Source: Pseudomonadota bacterium (lineage in GTDB: Bacteria; Myxococcota_A; UBA9160; UBA4427). Taken from it: 64,000 nt of DNA. Numbering within the stretch: position 1 is the first letter of the stretch; each line of letters begins with the position of its first letter. The DNA is taken from NCBI GenBank assembly GCA_027295775.1, contig JAPUKG010000007.1:276-64275 (forward strand). The letters run 5' to 3'. Below, one piece after another: positions 38,286-48,064 of the stretch. The notes under the pieces are model-generated. The model did no database searches. It was not told the DNA's origin and worked only from the letters and a program-made list of their open reading frames with translations. A program made the translations under genes and the position numbers.

Positions 38286-39211
38286 CGCTCGCCCCCGTCG
38301 GCGGTGGCCAGCGCGGTTTCGGCCGCCTGGTGCCAGGGGTCGCGCACCTCCTCGCCGGGGATCGGTCGCCGGTAGACCAGTTCGTTGGTCAGGTGGCGCA
38401 GCTCGAACGCTGTGGAGAGATTGATCAGCGACTCCGAGTGGCCCAGGAGCAGATGTCCGCCGGGCCGCAACTTGTCGTGGAACGTGTCAATCACCCGCTT
38501 CTTGATCTCGGCGTCGAAGTAGATGATCACGTTTCGGCACAGGATCACGTCCATGGAGCCGAGTAGCGCGAGCTTTCCGTCATCGAGCAGGTTCAGGTGG
38601 ATGAAGTCCACGTGCTTCTTGACTTCGTCACAGATCCGGAAGAGGCCGTCCTTCTCGATGAAGTACTTGTCCCGCAAGTGCGACGGCGTCTCCCGGAACG
38701 ATGCTTCCCGGTAGACGCCGCGCCGCGCCTTCTGGAGCATCGCGCGGGAGATGTCGGACGCGTACACGCGGATGTCGCGGCCCGGCTCGAGTCCAGCCTC
38801 CAGGGCCATCATGACCGTGGTGTAGGGCTCCTCCCCGCTCGAGCAGCCCGCAGACCAGATGCTGACGCTGGCGGCGGGGTTGTGGGTGCGCCGCTGTAGC
38901 AGGTGCTCCGGGAGGATCTCGTCGATCAGCGCCCGGAGCTGTTTGTACTCGCGGAAGAAGTACGTCTCGTTGGTGGTGAGGTCGTCGATCACCCGCGACA
39001 TCTCGCTGTTGTCGCTCCCGGCGCGCAGCTGGTAGTGGTACGCGGCGAAGCTGCCGAGCTCGAGCGCTTCGACCCGCCGAGCCAGGCGCTTCTCCAGCAG
39101 GAACCGCGATTCCGCCGCGAAATGGAGCCCGCAGTGCTCCCGCAACATCTGGCAGAACATGCGGAACTCCGCATCGCTCATGCTGAGCTTCGCCGCTGCG
39201 ACCGTACCCAC
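38282..39211 (-). CDS. cheR: Chemotaxis protein methyltransferase CheR
   Basis: 309 aa. N-terminal helical domain plus SAM-binding site IWSAGCSSGEEPYT and ILCRNVIIYFD. Confidence 0.93.
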   Translation of the reverse strand: MGTVAAAKLSMSDAEFRMFCQMLREHCGLHFAAESRFLLEKRLARRVEALELGSFAAYHYQLRAGSDNSEMSRVIDDLTTNETYFFREYKQLRALIDEILPEHLLQRRTHNPAASVSIWSAGCSSGEEPYTTVMMALEAGLEPGRDIRVYASDISRAMLQKARRGVYREASFRETPSHLRDKYFIEKDGLFRICDEVKKHVDFIHLNLLDDGKLALLGSMDVILCRNVIIYFDAEIKKRVIDTFHDKLRPGGHLLLGHSESLINLSTAFELRHLTNELVYRRPIPGEEVRDPWHQAAETALATADGGER

Positions 39212-39217
39212 CGCGGA

Positions 39218-41317
39218 CTACCCCTCCAGGCTCCTGAGTGCGCGGAGGATCGCGTCGCGAACGAAGTCGTCTTGCTCGGTCTCGAGTCGTCGCAGGATCG
39301 GGGGAACGGCGGCGACCATGCGTCGCTCCGCCAGGGTCTGGACCACGTCCGCGCGAACAACCCAGCTTGGATGCGCGATGAGACCGAGGAGCACCTCCGC
39401 CGTGCCCGCGTCGCCGTGGGCGCCCACGCAGCGCACGCCAGCCTGGACGAGTTCGGGCTCGGCGCGGTCGAGCAGTCGGCACGCGGTCCGGGCGGCGGCG
39501 TGGCCGCCCACCTGGGCCAGCGCCTCGACTGCGGCCAGGGCCACTTCACCGCAATCCTCGAGGGCGCGCTCGATCAGGGCGAAGGCCTCGGTCGCTGCGC
39601 TGTCGCCGGCCGAACGGGCGCACTGCGCCCCGATGGCGCGAACCGCGGCTGCCCGCACCCTGGGATCCTCGTCTCCGATCAGCCGGGGCAGGTCCTCGAG
39701 CACCGCCGCGTTCCGGGAGCTGCCGAGGGCGGTGGCCGCGGCGATGCGCACCGCCGCCGACTCGTCGGCGAGAGCAAGCCGAAGCGGCTCGGAGGCGGAG
39801 CCCGGCTCCAGGTGGGCCAGGGCTTCGACCGCGGCGCGGCGCACCCCAGCGCTCGGATCCTTGAGCAGGAACACCACCAGCTTCGCGTCCTCGCCGCGCC
39901 CAATGCGACCGAGGACGGTGGCAATCGAGATGCGCACCGCCTCATTGGCGCCGTCGAGCCCGGCTCGCAGCAGCTCGATGGCCTGGGCCGCGAGCCCTCC
40001 GCCCGCTGTCCCTTCCGGCCCGGCCAGCGCCACGATCGCTTCCGTGATCGCCGCCAGCTCGTCCTCGGCCTCGAAGTCCTCCTCCTCGGCGGCGGCCTGC
40101 AGTCTCCGCACCAGCTTGGGAAGCACGCGTCCGCAACGGCGGCGCCCGAGCGCGCGGGCCGCCGCCGAGCGCTGCGCGGAGTCGCTCCCGTCGAGGGCGC
40201 TCTCCAACCGCACCTCACCCGCTTCGCCGCCGGTTCGCGCCAGCAGGCCGCAGGCGTCCCGGCGCAGGTCGGGATCGAGATCGGGCCAGGCCGCGTCGAG
40301 CGCGGATTCCGCCCGGTCGCCCATCGACTCGAGGGTGGCGTGCGCGAGCTCGGTGACCGCTTCGTCCCGGCCGGCGCGAAGGATCGGCACGACACACTCG
40401 GGCGCGCCAACCACGCCCAAGAACTGCACCAGCACGAGCCGGGTGGCCAGGTCGGCCTCCTCGACGCGCACTCCGGCGTCCTCGATCAGGACCGGGTCGC
40501 GCCCGGCTTCCCGGATCTCGTCGGCCAGCCGGTCTGCGCCCGCGTCGGAGTCAGCCAGCCGACGCAGCAGGGCCGTCATGGCCGCTTCGCGGACCGCGCG
40601 GGAATTGCTGGCCAGCGCCTTCTTCAGCCTCTCGAGGCCGCGCGCGTCCAGGGGATCCGCCAGCAGCACGAGCGCGGCCGGCTGCAGGGTGGGATCGTCC
40701 AGGGCCGGCCCCAGGTCCGCCGCCGTCACGGCCGTCTCGAGGCGGGCCAGGGCGCTCAACGCGGAGAAACGGACCAGCGTGTCCTCGCCGCCTCGGACGG
40801 CGCACTGCTGGAGCGCCTCGGACACCTCGGGGCCCCCGAGCACGCCCAGCGCGTCAGCGGCGGCGCTGCGCACGTTCGGGTCGGCGTCGTCGAGCATGCC
40901 GAGCATGGGCTGCCGCGACGACTCGTCTCCGATCCCGGCGATGGCATCGATCATCAGCTTGCGCACGTCCACATCGTCGCTGTCGAGGGCTCCGATCAGG
41001 AAGGGCACCACCCGGGAGCCACAACCCACGAGCGCCTCCACGGCGGCATTGCGCCGCCCCGCGTTGTCGCCGTCGCCCAGCGCCACGATCAGGGCCTCGG
41101 TGACACGGTCCGACTCGGCGCAGTCGATCAGCCTCTCCACGGCGGCCTTGCGCACGCGCCAGCCCGGGTCCCCGAGGCTCTTTACGAGTTTCGGGATCGC
41201 CTCGGCGGACGGGAGCGTCAGCAGCCGCTCCACCGCCAGGCGCCGCACCTCCTCGTCGGCGCTCGCGAGATCCTCGAGGATGCTCCGGCGTTCGCGATCG
41301 CCGAGCTCGGGGTTCAT
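39218..41317 (-). CDS. HEAT-repeat (PBS-lyase-type) protein
   Basis: 699 aa made almost wholly of repeats of the form L..AL.D.D..VR..AA.ALG (e.g. LGDPGWRVRKAAVERL, LDDADPNVRSAAADALG, DEDPRVRAAAVRAIG). ATGA overlap with the upstream gene. Confidence 0.85.
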   Translation of the reverse strand: MNPELGDRERRSILEDLASADEEVRRLAVERLLTLPSAEAIPKLVKSLGDPGWRVRKAAVERLIDCAESDRVTEALIVALGDGDNAGRRNAAVEALVGCGSRVVPFLIGALDSDDVDVRKLMIDAIAGIGDESSRQPMLGMLDDADPNVRSAAADALGVLGGPEVSEALQQCAVRGGEDTLVRFSALSALARLETAVTAADLGPALDDPTLQPAALVLLADPLDARGLERLKKALASNSRAVREAAMTALLRRLADSDAGADRLADEIREAGRDPVLIEDAGVRVEEADLATRLVLVQFLGVVGAPECVVPILRAGRDEAVTELAHATLESMGDRAESALDAAWPDLDPDLRRDACGLLARTGGEAGEVRLESALDGSDSAQRSAAARALGRRRCGRVLPKLVRRLQAAAEEEDFEAEDELAAITEAIVALAGPEGTAGGGLAAQAIELLRAGLDGANEAVRISIATVLGRIGRGEDAKLVVFLLKDPSAGVRRAAVEALAHLEPGSASEPLRLALADESAAVRIAAATALGSSRNAAVLEDLPRLIGDEDPRVRAAAVRAIGAQCARSAGDSAATEAFALIERALEDCGEVALAAVEALAQVGGHAAARTACRLLDRAEPELVQAGVRCVGAHGDAGTAEVLLGLIAHPSWVVRADVVQTLAERRMVAAVPPILRRLETEQDDFVRDAILRALRSLEG

Positions 41318-42357
41318 TGCATCCCTTTCTCTCGAGCCACCCGGATCAGCTCCTCGACCAGGAAGTTGCGCTCGTCGCGAACCCGGGGATCGATGCGCTG
41401 CTGGAAGAGCGATCGGCCCTCGTCGAGGTCGCTGTCCAGCGCCTCGGCCACGTTGCCGGCGGCGATGGCGGCGTCGAACTTCTCCGGGCTGTAGAGGATG
41501 ATGTCCGACACGATGATCCGGGCGAGGCGCTCGGCCTTGCTCCGCTCCGCCGCGAGCGGGTCGTCGGCGACGACCGGTGCGGCTGCCGGGGCAGCGGCCT
41601 CGGGCGTCACCAGCTCGGCCTGCGCGGGCGCTTCGATCGGCGCTGCAACCGGGGCGGCTTGCGCCGGGGCTTGAATCGCAACCGGGGCGGCTTGCGCCGG
41701 CGCTTGGATCGGCGGTGCGGCCGGCACGGCGACCGCCGGCTGCGGCGGGGCAACCGGCGCAGGGGCGGCGGCGGCGGACTCGACCAGCGGGAAGCCCGCC
41801 TGACGCAGGATGGGCAGCAGTCCGTCGGGCAGGTCCGGCCCCTCCAGGTACACGTCGGCGCCGTAGAGCTCGCTCGGCGGGCGGCGGTAGCGATCCGACT
41901 GGTGGATCGCGCCGATCAGGACCACGCGCGTGCTGCGCAGGCTCTCATTGCGCTTGACGATCTCGCAGACCTGGAAGCCGTACATCTTGGGCAGTGCGGC
42001 ATCGAGCACCACCAGGCGCGGCAGCTGGCGCTGGATGGTGAGCAGCGCCTCGACGCCGTCGTGCACGAGGATCGACTGCAGGCCCCACTCGGACAGCGCC
42101 GCAGCCGTTCGCTTGCCGGAATCCTCCTCGGGATCCGCGACCACCACCAGGCGAGTGCGATCGAAGTCGTGCTCCGGCGTGGGCTCGGGGATCGGGGCCG
42201 CTGCGGGCCGCGCCGCCGCCGTCGAGCCGGCGGATTCGGGCGCGCGGACGCGGAACACGGCCTGACAGCGCGCGCAGCGCAGCCGAGCTCCGTCGCTCCC
42301 GATGTGAATCGGGTTGACGCGATACCTCGCATTGCACTTCGGACAGGCCGCGATCAT
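41314..42357 (-). CDS. MJ0042-type zinc-ribbon + degenerate receiver-like domain + Pro/Ala repeat linker + conserved C-terminal helical domain
   Basis: Start set to ATG 42357, which has AAGGAG 6 nt upstream: MIAACPKCNARYRVNPIHIGSDGARLRCARCQAVFRV. REC-like LVVVADPEED...LVVLDAALPKMYGF...VVLIGA. The REC Lys position reads YLEGP. Confidence 0.75.
   Translation of the reverse strand: MIAACPKCNARYRVNPIHIGSDGARLRCARCQAVFRVRAPESAGSTAAARPAAAPIPEPTPEHDFDRTRLVVVADPEEDSGKRTAAALSEWGLQSILVHDGVEALLTIQRQLPRLVVLDAALPKMYGFQVCEIVKRNESLRSTRVVLIGAIHQSDRYRRPPSELYGADVYLEGPDLPDGLLPILRQAGFPLVESAAAAPAPVAPPQPAVAVPAAPPIQAPAQAAPVAIQAPAQAAPVAAPIEAPAQAELVTPEAAAPAAAPVVADDPLAAERSKAERLARIIVSDIILYSPEKFDAAIAAGNVAEALDSDLDEGRSLFQQRIDPRVRDERNFLVEELIRVAREKGMQ
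41619..41710. repeat. In-frame degenerate tandem repeat (33-nt unit, ~2.8 copies) encoding a Pro/Ala/Gln linker
   Basis: gcaaccggggcggcttgcgccgg occurs at 41645 and again at 41678 (period 33). A third degenerate unit starts at about 41619. The protein reads PIQAPAQAAPVA-IQAPAQAAPVA-APIEAPAQAELV. Confidence 0.85.
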
Positions 42358-42405
42358 CGTCCACTCCTTCTCATGCACTTCGCTCCCGCTCTTCCAGGGA
42401 GCCGG

Positions 42406-44979
42406 CTAGATCTGGAACTTCGCCACATCCTCACGCAGTGTCTCCGCCTGGCGCACTAGGTCGTGCATGGCTCCGCCCATGCGCTGACTCGCCTCCTCGT
42501 TGGAGCGGGTGCGCTCGGATACCTGCTCCAGGAACTCCGATACCTGACTGCAGGCGTTGGACTGCTCCTGGAGCGAGCCGTTGATCTGCTCCACCGCCTC
42601 GCGCACGCCCTCGACGCTCTCGCGAATGCGAACGAATCCCCGGGCCTGCTCCTCGGTGGTGCGCCGAACCTGTCCGGCCACCTCCCGCATGACGAGCGAG
42701 GAGCGGTGGACCACCTCGTTGCCCCGGTGCTGCTCGGCACCCGCCGCGGTGATCTGCTCGACTCCGTGGCGGACGCGCTCCATCAGCTCCACCACGTGCG
42801 AGGCGGCCTTGGTCTGCTCGCGCACCGCGGCCCCGATCTCCGCGATGCGGGTCCCGCTCTCCCGGGACGAAGCCGTGATCTCCTCGAGAGAGACGCCCGC
42901 TTCGGCCGACAGCTCCACGCCGCTGGCCACGCTGGCCGAGCCGGCCTCCACAGCGCCTTCGGCGTTGGCGGCCTCTTCCTGCACGGAGCGGATCAGCCCG
43001 CCGATCTCCTTCGTGCTCGCGAGCACCCTGTCCGCCAGCTCCTTGATCTCCTCGGCCACGACCGAGAAGGCGCGGCCCTGTTCTCCCGCCTGGGCCGCGA
43101 TGATCGCGGCGTTCAGCGCGAGCAGGTTGGTCTCGTCGGCGACGTCATCGATCACGTCCAGGATCGCGCCGATCTCCTGGGTTCGCGCACCCAGTCCGCG
43201 GATCACCTGCTCGGCGCTATCGGTCGCGTCGCGGATCGCCTCCATGCCGCTGATCGTCTGGCGGACCTTGGTCTGTCCGTTCTCGGCACTGGCGACCACC
43301 GCGCTGGAGAGCTCCGCGGTCTTCTCCGCGGTGGTGTCCACCACGCGCATCGCGCTCGCCATCTCCTCCATGCTGGAGGACGTCTCCGCCGCAGCGTCCT
43401 CGAGCTCCTCGCTGCTGGTCGCCACCTGCTTCACGCTTTGGACCATCTGATCGATAGAGCTCGATACCTCGTCCACCTTGGAGGAGAGCACCGAGGCCGT
43501 CTCGTTCAGCTCGTCGCCCGCAGCACCGAGCTCGAGGATGGAGCTGCTCGACTCCTCCACCGAGACGTTGAGGACCTGGGCCGATCCGGCCACCTCGTTC
43601 ACCTGGTGGCTGATCTCGAGCATGAGTTCGTTGGCCTGCTGGATGCGGCGCACCTGGTCGGCGCTCGCGGCCGCCACGCTCTCGGAGGCGCCGGCGATCT
43701 CGCCGGCGGTGGCCTCGACCCGGTCCGCGGCCTCGACTACCCGGCCCACCGTGGAGCGCAGGGACTGACCCATGCGCTCGAAGGAGCGCCCCAGCTCGCC
43801 CAGCTCGTCGTCGGACTCGACGCTGAGTCCCCCGCGCAGGTCGCCCAGCGCCATCCGCTCGGCCTCCCGTCTCAGGCCCAGGACCGGTCCGCTGATGTCG
43901 GCGGCCAGCAGCCACCCCACGCCGAGCAGGAGCCCGGTGACGGTCACCAGCACGATCGCCAGCACGGACTGGAGCCCGGCGAGCGGCTCGCGCAGCTTGC
44001 CGCGATCGACCGAGGCCACCAGCACTCGGTCGTCCGCGAGGGTCTGCCAGGCGAGTACCTGGCGGGTGCCGGTTCCGGCGTAGGTGCCGGTCTTGGCCCC
44101 GGCCTCGACGAGGCCCAGCAGGGCCTGGAAGGATGCGTGGTCCCCATCTGCCCGGTCCGGGTCGAGCACAAGGAACTCCGTCGGATACGGCAGGAGCTCG
44201 TCGGCCAGGCCCAGCCGCCTGCGCGCGCTACCCAGGTCGCCGGCCTCGACGTGGGGCGCCAGGACCGCGAGCGTCCGCGCTTGCCAGGCCGTGGCCAGCT
44301 CGTCGAGGGCGGCGCCAGCGCGCGAGTAGGAGAGGCTCATCGTGAACAGGATTGCCGCGAAGCCGGTCCCGGCGACCACGTACTGGACCTTGCGCGAGAG
44401 CGCCATGGGAACGATCAAGGCGCCGCGCTCCTCCGGGTCGGGCAGCGCGGCGGTCAGCGCCTCGCGGATCGGCGCGAGCGCGCGCTTCGTCAGGAAGTAC
44501 ATGAAGGCGGACGAGAGGATTCCGCCGGTCACGCCCGCGGCGGCCACCACCATGAACCGCTCGCTGCTGAGCCAGGCCGGGAACCCACCGAGCCAACCCA
44601 GCAGCGGAAGCGTCAGGCCGGCGAAGACCCAGATCGTGAGCATGATGCGCGTCACCGTCCGAGGCACGGAGATCGCGCTGGCGAAGGCCTTCTGCTGCGC
44701 CTCTCGCGAGAGCTCGTGGTCGCGCTGCTGGGCACAGGCGTCGAGGTAGGCGTAGAGCGGCACCAGCACGCGGCGGCGAATGGGTTCGAAGCCTCCCGCG
44801 GCCAGCGCGGCGTAGCCCAGGCCGGCGAAGGAGAATGCCTTCCACTCCTGGGGGGACACCTCGAGGAGCGACGCGATGTACCAGAGCATCACCCCGAAGA
44901 CCGGGATCGACACCGCGGTATCGATCATCAGCACGCGCAGGCGCAGCTCGCGCGACGTCGGTAGCACTCGCCAGCTCAC
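42406..44979 (-). CDS. Methyl-accepting chemotaxis protein (6 predicted TM, HAMP, long signalling domain), paralog 2
   Basis: 857 aa. Same architecture as 33392-35992, with long identical blocks (EIGAILDVIDDVADET.LLALNAAIIAAQAGE.GRAFSVVA.EIKELADRVLASTKEIGGLIRS). The GTG start overlaps the cheW stop (GTGA). Confidence 0.92.
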   Translation of the reverse strand: MSWRVLPTSRELRLRVLMIDTAVSIPVFGVMLWYIASLLEVSPQEWKAFSFAGLGYAALAAGGFEPIRRRVLVPLYAYLDACAQQRDHELSREAQQKAFASAISVPRTVTRIMLTIWVFAGLTLPLLGWLGGFPAWLSSERFMVVAAAGVTGGILSSAFMYFLTKRALAPIREALTAALPDPEERGALIVPMALSRKVQYVVAGTGFAAILFTMSLSYSRAGAALDELATAWQARTLAVLAPHVEAGDLGSARRRLGLADELLPYPTEFLVLDPDRADGDHASFQALLGLVEAGAKTGTYAGTGTRQVLAWQTLADDRVLVASVDRGKLREPLAGLQSVLAIVLVTVTGLLLGVGWLLAADISGPVLGLRREAERMALGDLRGGLSVESDDELGELGRSFERMGQSLRSTVGRVVEAADRVEATAGEIAGASESVAAASADQVRRIQQANELMLEISHQVNEVAGSAQVLNVSVEESSSSILELGAAGDELNETASVLSSKVDEVSSSIDQMVQSVKQVATSSEELEDAAAETSSSMEEMASAMRVVDTTAEKTAELSSAVVASAENGQTKVRQTISGMEAIRDATDSAEQVIRGLGARTQEIGAILDVIDDVADETNLLALNAAIIAAQAGEQGRAFSVVAEEIKELADRVLASTKEIGGLIRSVQEEAANAEGAVEAGSASVASGVELSAEAGVSLEEITASSRESGTRIAEIGAAVREQTKAASHVVELMERVRHGVEQITAAGAEQHRGNEVVHRSSLVMREVAGQVRRTTEEQARGFVRIRESVEGVREAVEQINGSLQEQSNACSQVSEFLEQVSERTRSNEEASQRMGGAMHDLVRQAETLREDVAKFQI

Positions 44980-45476
44980 TGTGACTCCTCCCGCTGCGGC
45001 AGCGCAGAGCGGTAGACGCTCTCGATGATGTGGTCCAGAGAGAGCACCAGCACGGGCGACTCGCCGGGCCGGCGCACCACTGCGCGGACCGCGTCGTAGC
45101 CGGCCTGGATGACGAGCGCGGGCGGATCTTCGAGCGCGCCAGCTTCCACGGAGAGAACGTCCACCGCGGCCTCTACGGCGAGTCCCAGAACGAGCCCGTC
45201 GGTCTCGAGGACGACCACGCGCGTGCGCGCGTCCACCTCTGCCGGCTGCCCCGTGAGCGCTCGGCTCAGATCCAGGACCGGGACCAGCTGACCGCGCAGG
45301 TCGATCACGCCCTCGATGAGCTCGGGCGCCTTGGGCATGGGGGTCACCTCTTGCCAGCGCACGATCTCCCGGACCTGGGCCACGTCGAGGGCCACCATGC
45401 GCCCGCCGACCTCGAAGCAGGCGAGGTTGATCTGCCCCCCCTCGAGAAGGCTCGCGCTGTTACCGGTCGTCAACAA
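44976..45476 (-). CDS. cheW: CheW-like coupling protein (copy 2 in operon order)
   Basis: 166 aa. FEVGGRMVALDVAQVREIV...APELIEGVIDLRGQLVPVLDLS is the CheW fold pattern. TTG start overlaps the upstream cheW. Confidence 0.9.
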   Translation of the reverse strand: MLTTGNSASLLEGGQINLACFEVGGRMVALDVAQVREIVRWQEVTPMPKAPELIEGVIDLRGQLVPVLDLSRALTGQPAEVDARTRVVVLETDGLVLGLAVEAAVDVLSVEAGALEDPPALVIQAGYDAVRAVVRRPGESPVLVLSLDHIIESVYRSALPQREESQ

Positions 45477-45975
45477 GCTTCAGTACCCGATCCAGATCGA
45501 TGATGGAAACGAACTCGTCTCCGTGCAGACACAGCTCGGCCACGCTGATGGTCTCTCCCGGCGGCGCTGGCCGAATGAACTCCTCGGTGACGCGCAGGAC
45601 TTCCCGGACGGCGTCCACCAGCACGCCGGCCACCCGACCGTCCTCGCCGTGGAGGACGATGATGCGGCTCGAGCGGGTGGGTTCGGGCTGCGCAAGGCCG
45701 AGCCGCATGCGCAGGTCCACCACCTGCACGATCTCGCCGCGCAGCGCAATCACGCCGAGCACCGCCTTCGGCACTCGCGGCACCGGTGTGATGGTGCGGA
45801 TGCGGACGATCTCGCGAACCCGTTCCACGGGAACCGCGTAGGACGAGTCGTTGAGCTGGAAGCTCAGGAGCTCGCGCAGGCGCTCCGGTTCTTCCGGGGC
45901 GGCGCGTCCCCGGGCGGCGGCGCGCGCCAGCTCGACCCAGTCTCCAGATGCGGCAGCGGCGTCGGTGGCACTCAT
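45460..45975 (-). CDS. cheW: CheW-like coupling protein (copy 1 in operon order)
   Basis: 171 aa. LLSFQLNDSSYAVPVERVREIVR...PKAVLGVIALRGEIVQVVDLR. Confidence 0.9.
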   Translation of the reverse strand: MSATDAAAASGDWVELARAAARGRAAPEEPERLRELLSFQLNDSSYAVPVERVREIVRIRTITPVPRVPKAVLGVIALRGEIVQVVDLRMRLGLAQPEPTRSSRIIVLHGEDGRVAGVLVDAVREVLRVTEEFIRPAPPGETISVAELCLHGDEFVSIIDLDRVLKLVDDR

Positions 45976-46006
45976 CCGGCCTGCCCCGGGCGAATCGTTC
46001 CCCGCG

Positions 46007-48058
46007 TCATGCGGCGTCCCTGCGACGCATGGCGTCTTCCACGATGCTGGAGACGTCGATCACCAGGACCGCGCCCTGGTCGCCGATCTCGGTGGCGCCG
46101 GCGATCCCGCGCACCTGCTGGATCGGGCCCTGGATCGACTTCATGATCGTGTCCTGCTGACCCTCGAGGGAGTCCACCAACAGGCCCAGACGCAGCTCGC
46201 CGAGTCCCAGTACCACCACGTGCCGCTTCTCGTCTTCGGACGTGCTGCGCAGGTTGAACTCATCCGCCAGGCGCCGGAGCGGCAGCGGCTCGCCGCGCAG
46301 GTTCATCATCTCGCGGCCCTCGCTGCGCTGCACCTCCTCGGGCTGAAGCAGCAGGGTCTCGAGCACCGAGTTCAACGGAATGGCGTAGCGCTGGTCGCCG
46401 ACGGTGACGATCAGTGCCTGGATGATGGCCAGGGTGAGGGGCAGGGTCATCACCACGGTGGTCCCCTTGCCCAGGACCGAGTCGATGTCGACGATGCCGT
46501 CCAGGGCCGTCAGGTTGGCCCGCACCACGTCCATGCCGACGCCGCGCCCGCTCGTCTCGGTCACCTCATCGCGGGTGGATAGGCCGGGCAGGAAGACGAG
46601 GTCGAGGGTCTCCTTCGGCGTGAGCACTGCGTCGGGGGCGACCAGCCCCGCGGCCTCCGCGCGGCGGCGCACCTCCGCCGGATCGATCCCCCGCCCGTCG
46701 TCGGCCACCTCGATCACCACGTGGTTGCCGCGCTGGCTCGCCTCGATGAGGATCCTGCCCTGGGCCGGCTTGCCCGCCATCACGCGCTCTTCCTCGGACT
46801 CGATGGCGTGGTCGAAGGCGTTGCGCACCACGTGCATGAGCGGATCGATCAGCTCTTCCACGATCAGCTTGTCGAGCTCCGTGTCCGCGCCCTTGTATTC
46901 GAGGCTCACGTCCTTCCCGAGATCCCGGCGCAAGCGGCGGACCACCCGGGAGATCTTCTCGAAGACATGGCGCAGAGGCACCATGCGCACGTCCAGGACG
47001 CTGTTCTGCAGGTCCTTGAGCTTGCGCTCGATCACCTTGTGCACCTTCGCGAGCTCGCCCCCGACGCGGGAGGTCTCTGGATCCCGGCACAGCCGGTCTG
47101 CGATTCGCGAGAGCGAGCCGCGCTGGATGACCAGCTCGCCCACCAGGTTCATCAGCTCGTCGAGCTTGCGGATGTCGACCCGCACCGTGTCGCTGATCGA
47201 CTTCAGCGACTCGATGTCGGCGCTCTCCCCGAGCCCAGTCGCCAGCTCGGGCGCCGGTGCCGACGCCATCTCGATGGACGCGGCGCGGTTGGACGCCTCG
47301 CGCACCGCACGGATGCTCGTGTCCGCGAACTCCAGCCGCGCCGCCAGCTGCTCCGCATCCACCTCCGTGGCGACGAGCAGCGAAAAGCGGATCTGGGACT
47401 CGGGCGTCTCGCCCGGCGACGGCAGGGTGGAGACGACCTCGCCCACCTCGCGGACCGCCGCGGACAGCTCGGCCAGGCCCTCCTCGAAGGTGATGATCTC
47501 GAACATCGTGTTGATGAGCGAGATGTGACGCCCGCGCCGCAGGTTCTCGCGCAGGCGGTGCTCCTCGTACTCCGTCAGGGCGCGCATGAGTGCGGGGTCC
47601 ACGTCCAGGTCCACGAGCTCGTCCTGGACCGCGGCGGTCTCCTCGATTGCTTCCGCGATCCGGGTCACCAGGTCGGCTACGGCGAGCGAGTCCTCCTCGG
47701 CCTTTCCCTCGTCGCCGAGCCGCTGGAGCAGCTTGCCGAACAGGGCGACCGCCTCGTCCAGCAGGCCCACCGCGGGCGCGTCGGCCGCGACGCGCCCCAG
47801 GCGCAGGCCGTCGAGCACGTCTTCCAGGTGGTGGGCCAGCTCGCCGATCCCGTCGAGCCCGAACATGCCCGCCAGGCCCTTCAGCGAGTGAGCGGAGCGG
47901 AAGATGCGGTTCACCAGATCGGGATCGATCTCGCCCACCGCCCGCTGGTCGTGCAGATCCGAGAGATCCCCGCTCATGCGGTCGAGGAGCTCTTCCGCCT
48001 CCGAGACGAATTCGCGGTGCGCCTTGCTCTTCACGCTTCGCGAACGCCGCGCGGCCAC
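46007..48058 (-). CDS. cheA: Chemotaxis histidine kinase CheA
   Basis: 683 aa. HPt (IFRSAHSLKGLAGMFGL), dimerisation region, HATPase (VRNAFDHAIE...DDGRGID...SGRGVGMDVV), C-terminal CheW-like P5. Confidence 0.95.
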   Translation of the reverse strand: MAARRSRSVKSKAHREFVSEAEELLDRMSGDLSDLHDQRAVGEIDPDLVNRIFRSAHSLKGLAGMFGLDGIGELAHHLEDVLDGLRLGRVAADAPAVGLLDEAVALFGKLLQRLGDEGKAEEDSLAVADLVTRIAEAIEETAAVQDELVDLDVDPALMRALTEYEEHRLRENLRRGRHISLINTMFEIITFEEGLAELSAAVREVGEVVSTLPSPGETPESQIRFSLLVATEVDAEQLAARLEFADTSIRAVREASNRAASIEMASAPAPELATGLGESADIESLKSISDTVRVDIRKLDELMNLVGELVIQRGSLSRIADRLCRDPETSRVGGELAKVHKVIERKLKDLQNSVLDVRMVPLRHVFEKISRVVRRLRRDLGKDVSLEYKGADTELDKLIVEELIDPLMHVVRNAFDHAIESEEERVMAGKPAQGRILIEASQRGNHVVIEVADDGRGIDPAEVRRRAEAAGLVAPDAVLTPKETLDLVFLPGLSTRDEVTETSGRGVGMDVVRANLTALDGIVDIDSVLGKGTTVVMTLPLTLAIIQALIVTVGDQRYAIPLNSVLETLLLQPEEVQRSEGREMMNLRGEPLPLRRLADEFNLRSTSEDEKRHVVVLGLGELRLGLLVDSLEGQQDTIMKSIQGPIQQVRGIAGATEIGDQGAVLVIDVSSIVEDAMRRRDAA

Positions 48059-48064
48059 GATGGG

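Noticed and set aside
41619-41710. 33-35-nt repeats (here, and at 48456-48525 and 57906-57975) as possible CRISPR remnants.
   Set aside because: There are only 2-3 directly abutting copies with no unique spacers. They lie inside a coding region or at gene junctions, and no cas genes are present.
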